NCBI RefSeq assembly: GCF_022045235.1
Contig: NW_027266286.1
Location: 38,998,001-39,062,000 of the forward strand
From: Haliotis cracherodii
Taxonomy: Eukaryota
Direction: 5' to 3'
DNA length: 64,000 nucleotides
Below are positions 25,977 through 39,650 of the stretch, in pieces. The notes beneath the pieces were generated by a model that was not told where the DNA came from, searched no databases, and worked only from the letters and a program-made list of their open reading frames with translations. Position 1 is the stretch's first letter; every line of letters begins with the position of its first letter. Position numbers and translations under genes: made by a program.

Positions 25977-28410
25977 TATCTAAAGCGGGATGTTGGGAGA
26001 GGATTTAGAGCAAGTATTAGGATTGGCTCATGGAAATTGCTGAAAGTGTTAATGAAGAAAATCGCAAATATTTATGTATTTTCAAAATCTTGAGGGTTGG
26101 AGGTGTGATTAGAGAGAATTGTCATGATCTGATCAAAGATAAATCATGTTCCAAGAGAATGCTATACTGTTTATGTAGCATTGACAGTGCTATATGGTTG
26201 AAGCTGTCAGCTGGTGGTATATCTGGGACTCTCCAGAAAACCACATCCTCAACCAGATAGAAAACCACACAAAATATCTTGGTATTATTTTATGCTCTGT
26301 CTCTGTTTCCCTAACTGACTTCTCAAGGTCGCATCAACAATATCTCATCCTCATAGCAATGAGGACAAATCATCCAACATTAAAACTATTCTCAGTGCGA
26401 CATGAAGGTAAATGTCACAGACAAAGTAATTGGGGGTTACTGAGCATGTGTGTCCATGTTGTAGATAAGGTTTACAGCTTGGATTAACCAGTAGTTGGCA
26501 GCAGGACTGACTAGTACATGTCCTAAGCTTGGTAGGGACTGCTGCTCATGGTGTCAGTTTTCATGAGTGCACTTTCACTCAACTCCTTGATTTTACCAGT
26601 ATATGGGTAACTAATTTCAATTTATGAATTATATTTATGATATCATTACAAAAAATCATTTTGTCAAGACTGACATATTTTAATTTTAAATCTTAGATTT
26701 TATGTCAGTGAATGTGCCTTGCCTTAAACATTGAATCAGTATTTTAGATCCTAATGTAAACACGTTTCCTAAGATATTTTCAGGCAGCCTGTCTAGGGCA
26801 TTTCCCATTGAATGTTGAAGCACAAATGATGACAAACAGCCTTTTTTCATGTCTTGTTTTACAGTCTTCAGCTTATAATATGTTTTCTTAAAAACAAAAC
26901 GATATATATTTTTTAAAGTATTTTCCATCAAACAAAGCATACAGGAGGTATTAATCTTTTTTAATTATATTTTTTAGTAACTGTTCACAATTTAGGGTAT
27001 GCTTGTCCACAAGACCAGAAAATATATGCATCTGGGCTAAATACTATCTAGCATGAACCTCAACATTATTATTATGCAAAGGCTCTTTTTTATCATTGTT
27101 GTACATGTCTCAGAATATATTGTTATTCCTCCCTTTTGACCATGTTCATATGTATAGTCAGTGATATCATCGTCTCTGCATGTGTCAATTACATAACTGA
27201 CATTATCTTATCTGGTTATCAATCAGGATCAGTGCTGTTGTATTTTTCTTGGTTTTGTTAATTATTTGTTAGAATTATTTTCATAATTGCAGACTTTGTT
27301 TTAGATTAGTGTTTTATGTTGCTAGTGTATGATCTGTATCTGTCACACACCCGACGTGCAGTGGTCACATCACACAGTTACAGCTGTAGTCATTTTACTT
27401 TATTTATGATTTTGTCAAAAGAGGGGCATATTTTAGTGCTGTGTAATCCTGAGTTTGCCTATAGCAATAAGTTACTTGTGCTCCCTGGGTCTCACATTTT
27501 CCACTTGGATGGGGCTAGCTCAACAGGGTTGACCATGCTGTGTTCGGCATGTCAATATGTTTTATTTTTATGAAAGCTTTTCCAAGGAATTTTAAATCAG
27601 GAGGAGTAGTATCATTTGAGCAGTGTATCTTCAATTTTGCAATAATTTTACATCAGTGTTTATCTGTTGTTTGTAAAGAAGTTTCAAATATTTCAATTGC
27701 TGTATTCAGTTCTTGTCATATTATGATGGTATCATATTCAAGTATATTTATTTTCTTGTAAAACTTTGGAGGTGAAATGTTTCCAAGGATTATCTCCCTT
27801 GCACTGTAAGGCTGTTCTGGGGATATGCTAAAATTAGCTGATGTTAACTTCAGCCAAATTGTGCCAGACCTTATGTTGTATTCATGCAAGTTCTCCAAAC
27901 TCTTTAATCAGAGTATAGACATGTTTTTAAGGTTACATTGAGTGTCCCTACTTGCCAGTAGAGAACAGTGTTGCCCCATGTGGGGCAGCAGGTCTAACTA
28001 ACAGTGCACTGTTGATCTGTTGTCATCCATTGTCTTGAAAAGAGTCATATGAAAACTGCTTTTTTCAGCTGCTTTATTTAAAAGTGATACAATTTTCTAT
28101 TTTTTCGAGAAGAGTATTTTGTATTGTGTTGTAAAATGTCCCTTTCATGACAAATTTTGCTGACATATTTTGTAAGAGTATTTCCTGTGATTTCTAATTA
28201 ATCAAAGTGTACTTATAGCATACTTCATATTTGTGATCAAGACTTACTTGATTAGATTAAAGCAGTAATTCAAAGATATGATTGTAAGTCTGTTTCAGCA
28301 GTACATAATATACTCATTCCTTCTATTTTCATATTTCTTTTTCAACAAAACGTCTGTTTTGTTCCTTACATTTGGAATTTCTACAGTCAACAGTAATAAC
28401 ATGTACCTGT

Positions 28411-29357
28411 GCTAGTGTCTGACCACTACCCTTCTCCAGCACTAATGTCTGACCACTACCCTTCTCCAGCGCTAGTGTCTGACCACTACCCTTCTCCAGT
28501 GCTAGTGTCTGACCACTACCCTCCTCCAGCGCTTGTGTCTGACCACTACCCTTCTCCAGCGCTAGTGTCTGACCACTACCTCCTCCAGCACTAGTGTCTG
28601 ACCACTACCCTCCTCCAGCGCTAGTGTCTGACCACTACCCTTCTCCAGCGCTAGTGTCTGACCACTACCCTTCTCCAGCACAAGTGTCTGACCACTACCT
28701 CCTCCAGCGCTAGTGTCTGACCACTACCCTCCTCCAGCGCTAGTGTCTGACCACTACCCTTCTCCAGCGCTAGTGTCTGACCACTACCCTCCTCCAGCGC
28801 TAGTGTCTGACCACTACCTCCTCCAGCGCTAGTGTCTGACCACTACCCTCCTTCAGCGCTAGTGTCCGACCACTACCCTCCTCCAGCACTAGTGTCTGAC
28901 CACTACCCTCTTCCAGCACTAGTGTCTGACCACTACCCTTCTCCAGCGCTAGTGTCCGAAAAACTACCCTCCTCCAGCGCTAGTGTCTGACCACTACCCT
29001 TCTCCAGCGCTTGTATCTGACCACTACCCTCCCCCAGGACTAGTGTCTGACAACTACCCTCCTCCAGCACTAGTGTCTTACCACTACTCTCCTCCAGCAC
29101 TAGTGTCTGACCAATACCCTCCTCCAGCACTAGTGTCTGACCACTACCCTCCTCCAGCACTAGTGTCTGATCACTGCCCTTCTCCAGCGCTAGTGTCTGA
29201 CCACTACCCTCCTCCAGCACTTGTGTCTGACCACTACCCTCCCCCAGGACTAGTGTCTTACCACTACCCTCCTCCAGCGCTAGTATCTGACCACTACCCT
29301 CCTTCAGCACTATTGTTTGACCACTACCCTCCTTCAGCGCTAGTGTCTGACCACTAG
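28411..29357. repeat. 30-bp minisatellite, about 31 units
   Basis: Unit GCTAGTGTCTGACCACTACCCTYCTCCAGC with occasional 29-bp variants. Confidence 0.97.
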
Positions 29358-31429
29358 ACTAGTCCCCTGTGCTGGTGTGGTAGGCCAAGTACCAGGATGA
29401 CTCCAGGCTAGAATAGGCCCTGAAATGCATGCCTGGTATTAGAGCCAAATGAAACAACAGAATTTTCATAGTCACAATGAGTGTGGCAAAAGGCATGGGC
29501 ACTGTTCACTAGTTCTTGGTCTTGTCCAGACTCCAAGCCTTACAGGCCACTCTGAATTATACCTACAGTATTAGTAGGAACCCTCTACCTGTCTGCCAAG
29601 CAGTGTACTGTGTTGTAGGGAAAATGAGTGAGTGTAGAGTTCAGGACATTGGCTTGGCACAGCTCCTTCACAACTTTATGTTTAAAAACAGTTATAGGTT
29701 TGATTAGAAGTAACTAGATACGTAGGATAAGGTAAATCTTTTGTTTCTCATTGCTGCCAATCATAGATTCAAAGGGAAGGCTCAAAATAATACAGTTCAT
29801 TGGTATTCAAGATCCATTTTACAAGTGACACTCGGTCTAGACCATGCCAACAAAAGAGAGAGAAAAAGAAAGGCAGTTTGTCGATTTTTCCAAATCTCCA
29901 AAGTGAAAAACATTATTTTTGGTAGTGTTTGCAGCTCAAAACTATGAAGTATTATCTCCATTGTAAGGCAGGAAATACGTGTGATGGCCCATTGAGGGTG
30001 AGAAAAGCTGAGGATGCAATCAAGTGGGAGTTGCCATGTGATTGTCTTCTGTCAGGAGATGCCACATGATTCCCTGCTCCAGGAATAATCTGTGATGATA
30101 GTGATTTTCAAATTTGTTGTTTGGTTTTTGTAGATCCTGTTCTCAACTTTTATTTATACTTTTAATACCATTAAAAATGTTGAAAAAAACCATTGTTCTG
30201 TTATGCTGGAAGGAAACAAAAAACCTGTTAACGACCTCAAACTACAGCCACTAGACTTGACATATACATGTGTGCTGGCTGTCAACCATTATTTTGGTTG
30301 TTCTGAACCTTGTTGCTAAGATTTTACCCCAAAATATGATTTTTTCCATTGTCCTGTATGCTATAACATGTAGGTACGGTATTGTAGGGCTTTTTTATTT
30401 TGGCTAGACATTGTCCAGTGTTCTAGAGTACAATATTGATATCAAGAACATGACACAACTGATTGTCCTAGGCCATGGAGGTTCCATGTCAACACTGTGT
30501 CACTAGATCATTACAGAGTGGCTATACACTCACAAAACAGAGATTTCGGAACAACCTTAGACCAGGCGGAATTTGTTCAAAGAGATTTTACAATGGCATC
30601 AGTCTGCCTCAATGTAACTGACGCAATATTTGTACTGGTGCCTATAGAATAAGTGATGGCTTCCCCCAAAGATGAATGATGTTTTCTTCTTCATGGATAG
30701 ATGGTAGTACGTGTGTACAGGAGACAAGCGCTGCACAGAAGATACTTTCAGGAAGTAAAAATATCTGGTGGAGGTAGAAAATCCAACCTTGATCACTTCC
30801 AAGAAGCTTCTGTAGGCTTATACTAACGCGATGAGTTTACACACTTAACATATTCCTGCGAATACCATACCTCTATTACTTCATTGCCATAATCCTGTAG
30901 TTTGGCTCTCATCACACCAAAAACCTTTAGATTTCAACAGAAGTCCTCTTCACTGTCAGCTGACCTTAATTAGTAGTGTGGATAATAGTTTTTCTCCATT
31001 GTTCTGTGCATAGGCCAGGCAGGAAAACCCCACATCCAAATAGTTGCTGCTAATTGGGCTGGGTGGTTGGGATCACTCCTGATGTGATAGAGGTAGTACT
31101 CATAGAATTATTAACAGTGATAACGATAGTTGCCGCGCATACTCGAATACATCATTTCCTAGATAGTCAGGGGGACTGGTTGTTTCTGATCCTAGGTCAA
31201 ATTCCATAAACAACTATAAAGCCACAATGAAGTATACTAACGAGAAAAAGTAACTAGGCATCATATAAAGAGGTGTAAATGCTATGTTATTGAAAATAAC
31301 TTCATAATATTTGGTCATTCGTCTGATCAATGTTTTATCATAACTAATTCATTGACAAAACCCATACCTGCATGGTAACGGGAGATGGGGTGTAAAGAGG
31401 GGTGGTGTAACAACTCAATAAACAATGTC

Positions 31430-31700
31430 AATATCGTGTTGTGATCACCATTTGCCCTGATACAGGCGTGGCAGCGACATGCTTTGAAGAAACCAGATGA
31501 TTGAAAACAGCTTGGGGAAAGATTGGCGCAACTGAGCTAGCGTAACCTACTGGCTCTGGACCTGTCGTAGGCGTCGCTGCATCGCATCCCAGATGTGTTC
31601 TATTGTGGAGAGGTATGGGTAAAAGCCGGCCTTGGCAGTTCAGCAATATTATGCCTAGAAATAATCTATTACAACACGTCCAACATGTACGTTTCTTGTC
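31430..31700 (-). mobile_element. Tc1 transposase C-terminal fragment
   Basis: Minus strand encodes PYLSTIEHIWDAMQRRLRQ, matching the Tc1 SPDLxPIEHxWD motif. Confidence 0.65.
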
Positions 31701-32584
31701 CGGTACATTAAATGCACTAAACATGTTAAATTCATATGCTCAACGCATGTGAAACTAATAGGAGGATAAGTGTGAGCTATATCGAGTCTGGACCAGGCAA
31801 ATCATCATAATCCACGTCCCACACTTTCGGTTACGGTGACACACGATGACCACCCTGTCCTCGGTTTTGCCGGGTGTCACCAGAAGAATGAGATACTGAG
31901 GACATGGTCTGATTCTGTACTGACACCATGTGTTTTCATTGAGGGTGTACTCGCTGTGTGGTATGTGACTTCCAGTGAAATAAGCAGGGTTAGAAATTGG
32001 CAGTAGTCCTATAGCCCTTGCCAAACTGCCCAATGGTAAAGGTATCATAAGGACTAGTAGAAAATTTCCATTTTTAAGAGTTTTGCTATATGTTATCATT
32101 CTAAGGACTAGTGGGTTAAAACTGTTAGTTTCTAACGCTGAATAAGTAATACTCTTTTTGGCTTTAATTTAAACCAAGTTGTCTTATGCATCACACGTGT
32201 TGTTGCGGTCAGAGTAAACAATACACAGTTTGGGGAGGAATGATGATGTGTTCAATAGTATGCGGCGTTGAAGATGTGATCGGCAACAACTTGCTTCTAT
32301 GTAGCTCAGCGTAATTAACTAGCGTCGACGTTTGCCTGATATCTGAAGATGATTAGTGCAAGTAGTTTCCAAATTGCTCTGTGCTCTTTGTTAAACCAAT
32401 ACACACGAGTGATGGCGTGACACGACCAGAGGCGTGATTCTAGCCTAGCACGCATAAGCCAGGTCGTCAGCAAGTGTTGATATGTTACCACGGAAACGTA
32501 ACAGTCATTAGCATCAATATTCAAAGACCACAGGCCAAAAGAGATAATATATATATTATAACAACGTGCACATGTATGGGCGGT

Positions 32585-34172
32585 CATTCGTTAAAAAGAA
32601 ACAAAGTTGAAATAAAGGACAAAAGTACGCAATAATAGTCAAATGTTACGAATAAAGGATTAAATGTTACTAATGAAGGTCAAAATGCAAAACAAACAGA
32701 CGCCGTTTAAAAAATACAAAGTTGAAATAATGGTCAAAAGTACGCAATACAACGATCAAATGTTACGAAAAGACGTCATATGAAAAGAAAGAATAATGTG
32801 TACTAAAGAACGTCAGTGCGCACGAAAGGACTGCCGAGGACAGAATGTGATGCTGATGCCTGCTAATATGTTGGAAAGAACAGAACGTAAAAATGATGCT
32901 TGGTAATATACTCTTCAAAAACAGAAACGCAATAAGGATCTTTATGGCCAAAGAAGCAAAATTAGCGGACCAAGGGATGCAAAATGAAGAGGTTTCATGT
33001 GTTATAGTGTCAGTGACAATGTCCCGGATCAAAATGATCTCAAGGTCATGCAAACCATTAGTGTGGAAACACATACGATTCGAAAAAAAACGCACCCAGT
33101 GCTTTAACAGCAGGGACATGGAGCTGCACGCACTGCATGTGCAAAAGCACTATGAACGGTATTTAAATGCAGGGTTTTTGATTGCCTGGCATCTGCGTCA
33201 ATCGAACAGTGACAGTTCAACAACATGCCAAGATTAACAGAAGTACAAAGAAACAACGTCATAGGCCGCTTGCAGGTACGGGAATCCCGATCAGCTGTAG
33301 CCAGGGTTTTCAATGTAGCGGCCAGCACCGTCACAAGGCTATGGGATCGGTTTCAACAGCATGGGTCAACACGTTATCGGCCAAAGTCGGGACGACCAAG
33401 AGAAACCACCCCCGACCAAGATTGCTACATCCGACTGCGCCACCTACGTGAAAGGACGACCACAGCCACCTCAACCGCATCACAAATACCCGGACTGCTC
33501 AGAATCTCCGATCAGACAGTACGAAACTGTTTAAGAGCAACAGGTCTACGAGAAAGACGTCCTGTTCGACACGTCATATTGAGTTCGACAACATTCCAAC
33601 AACGACTGCATTGGTGTCTTCAACACAGGGTGTGGCCTCAACTGCGATGGAGATTCAGCGATGAATCAAGATTTCTCCTCCGTCGAGGGGATGGAAGATC
33701 ACGGATAAACAGACGTCGGAGAGAACGTTACGCCGGAAACTGCGTACAGGACAGGTTTGGTCGGGGTAGCGTTATGATTTGGGCGGCCATCTCTCATCAT
33801 GGCAGGACAGGTTTGGTACATATCCAGGGCAATCTTACGGCTCAACGATACATCAACGAAATTCTACCACACATCCTCTCAATTGGAGCCAACGGCAACG
33901 GTGTATTCCAGCAGGACAACGCTCGACCGCATACAGCACGGATCACAAGAGCCTGTCTACACAATAACTTGCTATGATGTTCTACCCTGGCCCTCCAGAT
34001 CCTCCGATAGAGCACCTGTGGGATGAATTGGATAGACGTTGCAGCAGTTGGCTTTTGCGTTGCAGGCCGAGTTGGCTACCATTTCCCAGGATGTGATTCG
34101 CATACTCGTCTCTTCCATGGGCAGGAGATGTCAGATCGCTATCGATTCCAACGTGGGACATAAGCGTTATTG
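32585..34172 (+). mobile_element. Decayed Tc1 transposon; transposase pseudogene 33225-34172
   Basis: MPRL..IGRL HTH, GRPR, FSDESRF, QQDNARPH, frameshift near 33970, then LPWPSRS..EHLWDELDRR; left end approximate, right TIR not found. Confidence 0.9.
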
Positions 34173-34184
34173 ATGGTAGCTGAC

Positions 34185-36378
34185 CCTTCTCCTTCTAAAC
34201 AGACAGAGGCTGGTACTCCTGCAACAGATCCTAATATATAGACAGAAGCTGGTACTACTACAACAGATCCTTCTATACATACAGAGGCTGGTGCACCTAC
34301 AACAGATCCTTCTATACCGACAGAGGGTGATGCACCTACAACAGATCCTTCTATGCAGACAGAGGCTGGTACTCCTGCAACAGATCCTAATATATAGACA
34401 GAAGCTGGTACTACTACAACAGATCCTTCTATACAGACAGAGGCTGGTGCACCTACAACAGATCCTTCTATACAGACAGAGGCTGGTGCACTTACAACAG
34501 ATCCTTCTATACAGACAGAGGGTGATGCACCTACAACAGATCCTTCTATACAGACAGAGGCTGGTGCACCTACAACAGATCCTTCTATACAGACAGAGGC
34601 TGGTGCACCTACAACAGATCTTTCTATACAGACAGAGGCTGGTACTCCTACAACAGATCCTATACAGACAGAGGCTGGTGCACCTACAATAGATCCTTCT
34701 ATAGTCTGAGGCTGGTACACCTACAACAGATCCTTCTATACTGGCAGAGGCTGGTGCACCTACAACAGATCCTTCTATACAGACAGAGGCTGGTGTACCT
34801 ACAACAGATCCTTCTATACAGACAGAGGCTGGTACTCCTGCAACAGATCCTTCTATACAGACAGAGGCTGGTACTCCTGCAACATATCCTTCCATACAGG
34901 CAGAGGCTGGTACACCTTTAACAGATCCTTCTATACAGACAGATTCTGATACTCCTGCAACAGAGCCTCTATACAGACCGAGGCTGGTACTCTTACAACA
35001 TATCCTTCTATACAGACAGAGGCTGGTACACCTACAACAGATCCTTCCATACAGACAGGGACGAGTACACCTACAACAGATCCTTCTATACAGACAGAGG
35101 CTGGTACACCTTTAACAGATCCTTCTATACAGACAGAGGCTGGCACATCTACAACAGATCCTTCTATACAGACAGAGGCTGGTACATCTACAACAGATCC
35201 TTCTATACAGACAGATTCTGATACTCCTGCAACAGAGCCTCTATACAGACAGAGGCTGGTACTCCTACAACAGATCCTTCTATACAGACAGAGGCTGGTA
35301 CACCTTTAACAGATCCTTCTATACAGACAGAGGCTGGTACACCTTTAACAGATCCTTCTATACAGATCGAGGCTGGTACACCTACAACAGATCCTCCTAT
35401 ACAGACAGAGGCTGGTACATCTACAACAGATCCTCCCTTCAGACAGAGTCTGGTACACCTTTAGCATATCCTTCTATACAGACAGATTCTGATACTCCTG
35501 TAACAGAGCCTCTATACAGACAGAGGCTGGTACTCCTACAACAGATCCTTCAATACAGACAGAGGCTGGTACACCTACAACAGATCCTTCTATACAGACA
35601 GTCTGGTACTCCTACAACAGATCCTTCAATACAGGCAGAGGCTGGTACACCTACAACAGATCCTTCTATACAGACAGAGGCTGGTACACCTACAACAGAT
35701 CCTTCTATACAGACAGAGGCTCGTACACCTACAACAGATCCTTCTATACAGACAGAGGCTGGTACTCCTGCAACATATCCTTCAATACAGACAGAGGCTG
35801 GTACTCCTGCAACAGATCCTTCAATACAGACAGAGGCTGGTACTCCTGCAACAGATCCTTCAATACAGACAGAGGCTGGTACACCTACAACAGATCCTTC
35901 TATATAGACAGTCTGGTACTCCAACAACAGATCCTTCAATACAGACAGAGTCTGGTACACCTACAACAGATCCTTCTATACAGACAGAGGCTGGTACACC
36001 TACAACAGACCCTTCTATACAGACAGAGGCTGGTACTCCTACAACAGATCCTTCAATACAGACAGAGGCTGGTACTCCTGCAACATATCCTTCAATACAG
36101 ACAGAGGCTGGTACTCCTACAACAGATCCTTCAATACAGACAGAGGCTGGTACACCTACAACAGATCCTTCTATACAGACAGAGGCTGGTACATCTACAA
36201 CAAATCCTTCTATACAGACAGAGGCTGGTGCACCTACAATAGATCCTTCTATATAGACCGAGACTGGTACACTTACAACAGACCCTCTGTACAGACCAAG
36301 GCTGGTACATCTGCAACAGATCCTTCTATACAGACAGAGGCTGATCCTCCTACAACAGATCCTTCTATACAGACAGAG
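34185..36378. repeat. 39-bp minisatellite, about 56 units
   Basis: Unit CAGACAGAGGCTGGTRCACCTACAACAGATCCTTCTATA; produces spurious 13-aa repeat ORFs. Confidence 0.97.
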
Positions 36379-36704
36379 CGCAGGTGTTACACATTCGGCC
36401 CCAGATTTGTTCCAAATAGCTGTATCAGAAATACAATCATTAAACGTTGAGTTAATTATGAGAGAACAGGCTTATATCACAGCTAAACCCAAGCACCACA
36501 TCTTTGTTAGATTCGGAACAAGGATCTCATGATATTACATAATATCTGCCTGTAATCGATGGAAAGGGATTAGTCCTTGTTAACACTATATATGCATGAA
36601 CCACACATGGATTACATGGATGTAATTACATGAAGCGGCTGATTTTTAGTATTCCGTGATTTGATGTTCCTTGTCGGCAGCGTCCTGAAAGCTCTGCGTA
36701 GCAC

Positions 36705-36745
36705 ATGGCCTAATCCAATGTATTGGCTACCGTGATTGGCGAGCT
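36705..36745 (+). promoter_or_regulatory. Cluster of three CCAAT/ATTGG (NF-Y) boxes upstream of the putative first exon of the pseudophosphatase gene
   Basis: CCAAT, ATTGG, ATTGG within about 25 bp, about 110 bp upstream of a consensus donor. Confidence 0.4.
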
Positions 36746-36842
36746 ATGAGTGCTACCGCAATAATCGATAGAGAAGATGCTGGTGACTGTGTTCTCATTA
36801 CAGCCGGCATCACTCTACACACTCGGACACTCGCTTGTAAAC

Positions 36843-36850
36843 ATGGCAAG
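36843..36850 (+). CDS. Putative first coding mini-segment (ATG GCA AG) of the pseudophosphatase gene
   Basis: Consensus donor AAG|GTAAGC at 36851; joining to 41391 gives in-frame MARRVHSDH-MTTGP (a frame match has 1/3 chance probability). Confidence 0.45.
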
Positions 36851-37699
36851 GTAAGCATGGCAACTGTAGACATGTTTTTCAGACTTGCAGTTCCTCACAC
36901 TAAACACTGTCGCTTGAACGTCTGTGTTAATGTGCGTCTTCAAGAGTTTGATAGCATAATGATCTCAAAAACAAAAGTGTCTACATGTGGATATTTTTTT
37001 AAAACGTCGAGAATTATAACAAACTAACATTTCTAATCGTACATCGACAAGAACAGAAGTGACAAGATTATGGATGCTAGTATGTACGTTCACGTGAACG
37101 AGAGGTGGATCTTCCAGCCGGTCTTGTCATGGGTAGACTCGATGAAACAAGCGGACTTACCGGGCGAGAAAGTAAATATAGACAGAGCACACCTGAAGTT
37201 AAGATTAGTATTTGACATATGTGTGGAGACAGGACCATTGATCGTTGTATATTTGCAGTAGCGATTCATGACACTGTCTATATTTGATCATGTTTATGGC
37301 CACATTGATGTCGAATAGGCGCAGCTTTAAGTTCAGTCATCCGCCGTCTGTGCAATGTGTCAATACCATATGTGATAACGGAGCACATATACGTTTCTTC
37401 AAAGCAGAATATGAAAATCACAAAGTGTCAGTGTGACCTATCGACATTTTGTTGTAATTACTGTGATGCTGACCATGTCACTGAAACCCGGGGAGAGTGA
37501 CACGGGTATTGTCCCGTAGTGTATAGTCTGGCCGGACACACCAACTCCAGTAATGAGGAACGTTATTGCGCCGATGGCCCTCACCATATAGACATATGGC
37601 GAAACTCAGTGTTCTCAGTCGATTACATACCGTTATGATTTTCCCGTAATATTACAGCTTGTAACAATGTCACCATACATGACGTATCTACTCAGCATA

Positions 37700-38330
37700 T
37701 ACTGCGCATTTATACTGACAATATTACAATAACATACTGACTATATTACCCTTGTATACGGACTATATTACACCAGTATACGGACAATATTGCAATAATA
37801 TACTGAATATATTACTCTTGTATACGGACTATATTACACCAGTATACGGACAATATTACAATAATATACTGACTATATTACTCTTGTATACAGACTATAT
37901 TACAATAATATACTGAATATATTACTCTTGTATACGGACTATATTACACCAGTATACGGACAATATTACAATAATATACTGACTATATCACACAGACTTG
38001 TATACGGAACATATTACACCTGTATACGGACTATATTACGATAATATACTGACTGTATTACACCCGTATGCTGACTATATTACACCTGTATATAGACTAT
38101 ATTACAATGATATACTGACTATATTACACCTATATACTGACTATATTACACCTTTATACGGACTATATAACAATAATAATCGGACTATATTTCATCTGTA
38201 TACTGTATCACACCTGCATGTATACTGACAATATTGCATGTATATTGATCACATTACATCTTTGTACTGACTAATAATAATTAAATTAAACCTGTAACAC
38301 TGACTACATTACATCTGTATACTGGTTATA
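37700..38330. repeat. Degenerate tandem repeat of about 22-bp subunits (TATACKGACTATATTACA..) with higher-order grouping
   Basis: Direct reading. Confidence 0.85.
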
Positions 38331-38419
38331 TTTGTATATGGTGAGTATCCCTTCAGGACACCATGGCTCAGTGCTGAATGTCATTGGCTGTAAGAGTAGC
38401 ATATATGAATCCTGCGTTC

Positions 38420-38438
38420 CCTGTTGCCAGGCAACAGG
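38420..38438. promoter_or_regulatory. Palindromic RFX X-box-like site
   Basis: CCTGTTGCC-A-GGCAACAGG fits GTNRCC(N0-3)RGYAAC; ATTGG about 40 bp upstream. Confidence 0.5.
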
Positions 38439-38594
38439 TAACCTGGTAATGCTATATCCTTAGGACAGCTTGGAGTTCTAACAATTTTTTTATAAGAGTC
38501 GTATTCGAAGTACCCAGATGAATCCCTTGATATAGATCAAAATACTAGTTTCTAGTATGCAGCCACACAGGTAATACCATGAGAATATCAAAAA

Positions 38595-39645
38595 TGACTA
38601 TAACACTTGGTATGGTTTCCATATAACTAGACCGCCTCCGTGGTCTAGTGTTAGAGCGTCCGCCCGGTTCGATCCCCGGCCGCGTCATACCAAAAGACGC
38701 TAAAAGATGGTACTTGTTGTTACCCAGTCTGGCGCTCGGCATTAAGGGGCTAAAACAAGGACTGGTCGGCTCGGAGTCAGTATACTGTGTCTGCGGCGTG
38801 GTATCTCAGTGTGCTAGCACTATGAATCGGCATCGGTCCGGACAAGTACAAGCAGCCACGCACGCACGCACATACGTCGCTATATATGCGCAAAATCTTG
38901 GACGCGACGTTAAACCCCATTTCACCTCACCTCCATATAACTATAACACGTGGTATGGTTTCCATGTAACTATAACACGTGGTATGGTTTCCATGTAACT
39001 ATATCACATGGTATGGTTTCCATGTAACTATATCACATGGTATGGGTTCCATATAACTGTAACACGTGGTATGGTTTCCATATAACTATAACACGTGGTA
39101 AGGTTACTCTATAACTGTAACACGTGGTATGGTTTCCATGTAACTATAACACGTTGTATGGTTTCCATATAACTGTAACACATGGTGTGGTTTCCATGTA
39201 ACTATAACACATGGTATGGTTTCCATATAACTATAACACTCGGTATGGTTTCCATATAACTATAACACGTGGTATGGTTTCCATGTAACTATAACACTTG
39301 GTATGGTTTCCATGTCACTATAACACTTGGTATATTTTCCATATAACTGTAACACGTGGTATGGTTTCCATATAACTATAACATGTGGTATGTTTTCCAT
39401 GTAATTATAAAACATGGTATGGTTTCCATATAACTATAAAACGTAGTATGGTTTCCATATAAATGTAACACGTGGTATGGTTTCTATATAACTGTAACAC
39501 ATGGTATGGTTTCCATGTAACCATAACACTTGATATGGTTTCCATATACTAGTAACTATAACACAAGGTATGGTTTCCATTTAACTATAACAGTTGATAT
39601 GGTTTGCATATACTAGTAACTATAACACTTGGTATGGTTTCCATA
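38595..39645. repeat. 29-bp minisatellite interrupted by a SINE after its first unit
   Basis: Unit CTATAACACGTGGTATGGTTTCCATRTAA. Confidence 0.95.
38630..38932 (+). mobile_element. SINE family A copy with small internal deletions
   Basis: TGGTCTAGTG A box, GGTTCGATCCC B box, CACCT tail, flanked by CCATATAACTA. Confidence 0.85.
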
Positions 39646-39650
39646 TATCT

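Noticed and set aside
28409-29357. Pro-rich (extensin-like) repeat ORFs
   Set aside because: Artefact of the 30-bp minisatellite; 29-bp variants break the frame
30430-31050. L1/Tx1 endonuclease relic on the minus strand
   Set aside because: Composition is suggestive but no diagnostic motif is intact
34139-36316. Cys/Arg-rich or mucin-like repeat proteins in the ORF track
   Set aside because: Open frames on both strands arise from the 39-bp unit, with frequent frameshifting indels and no splice context
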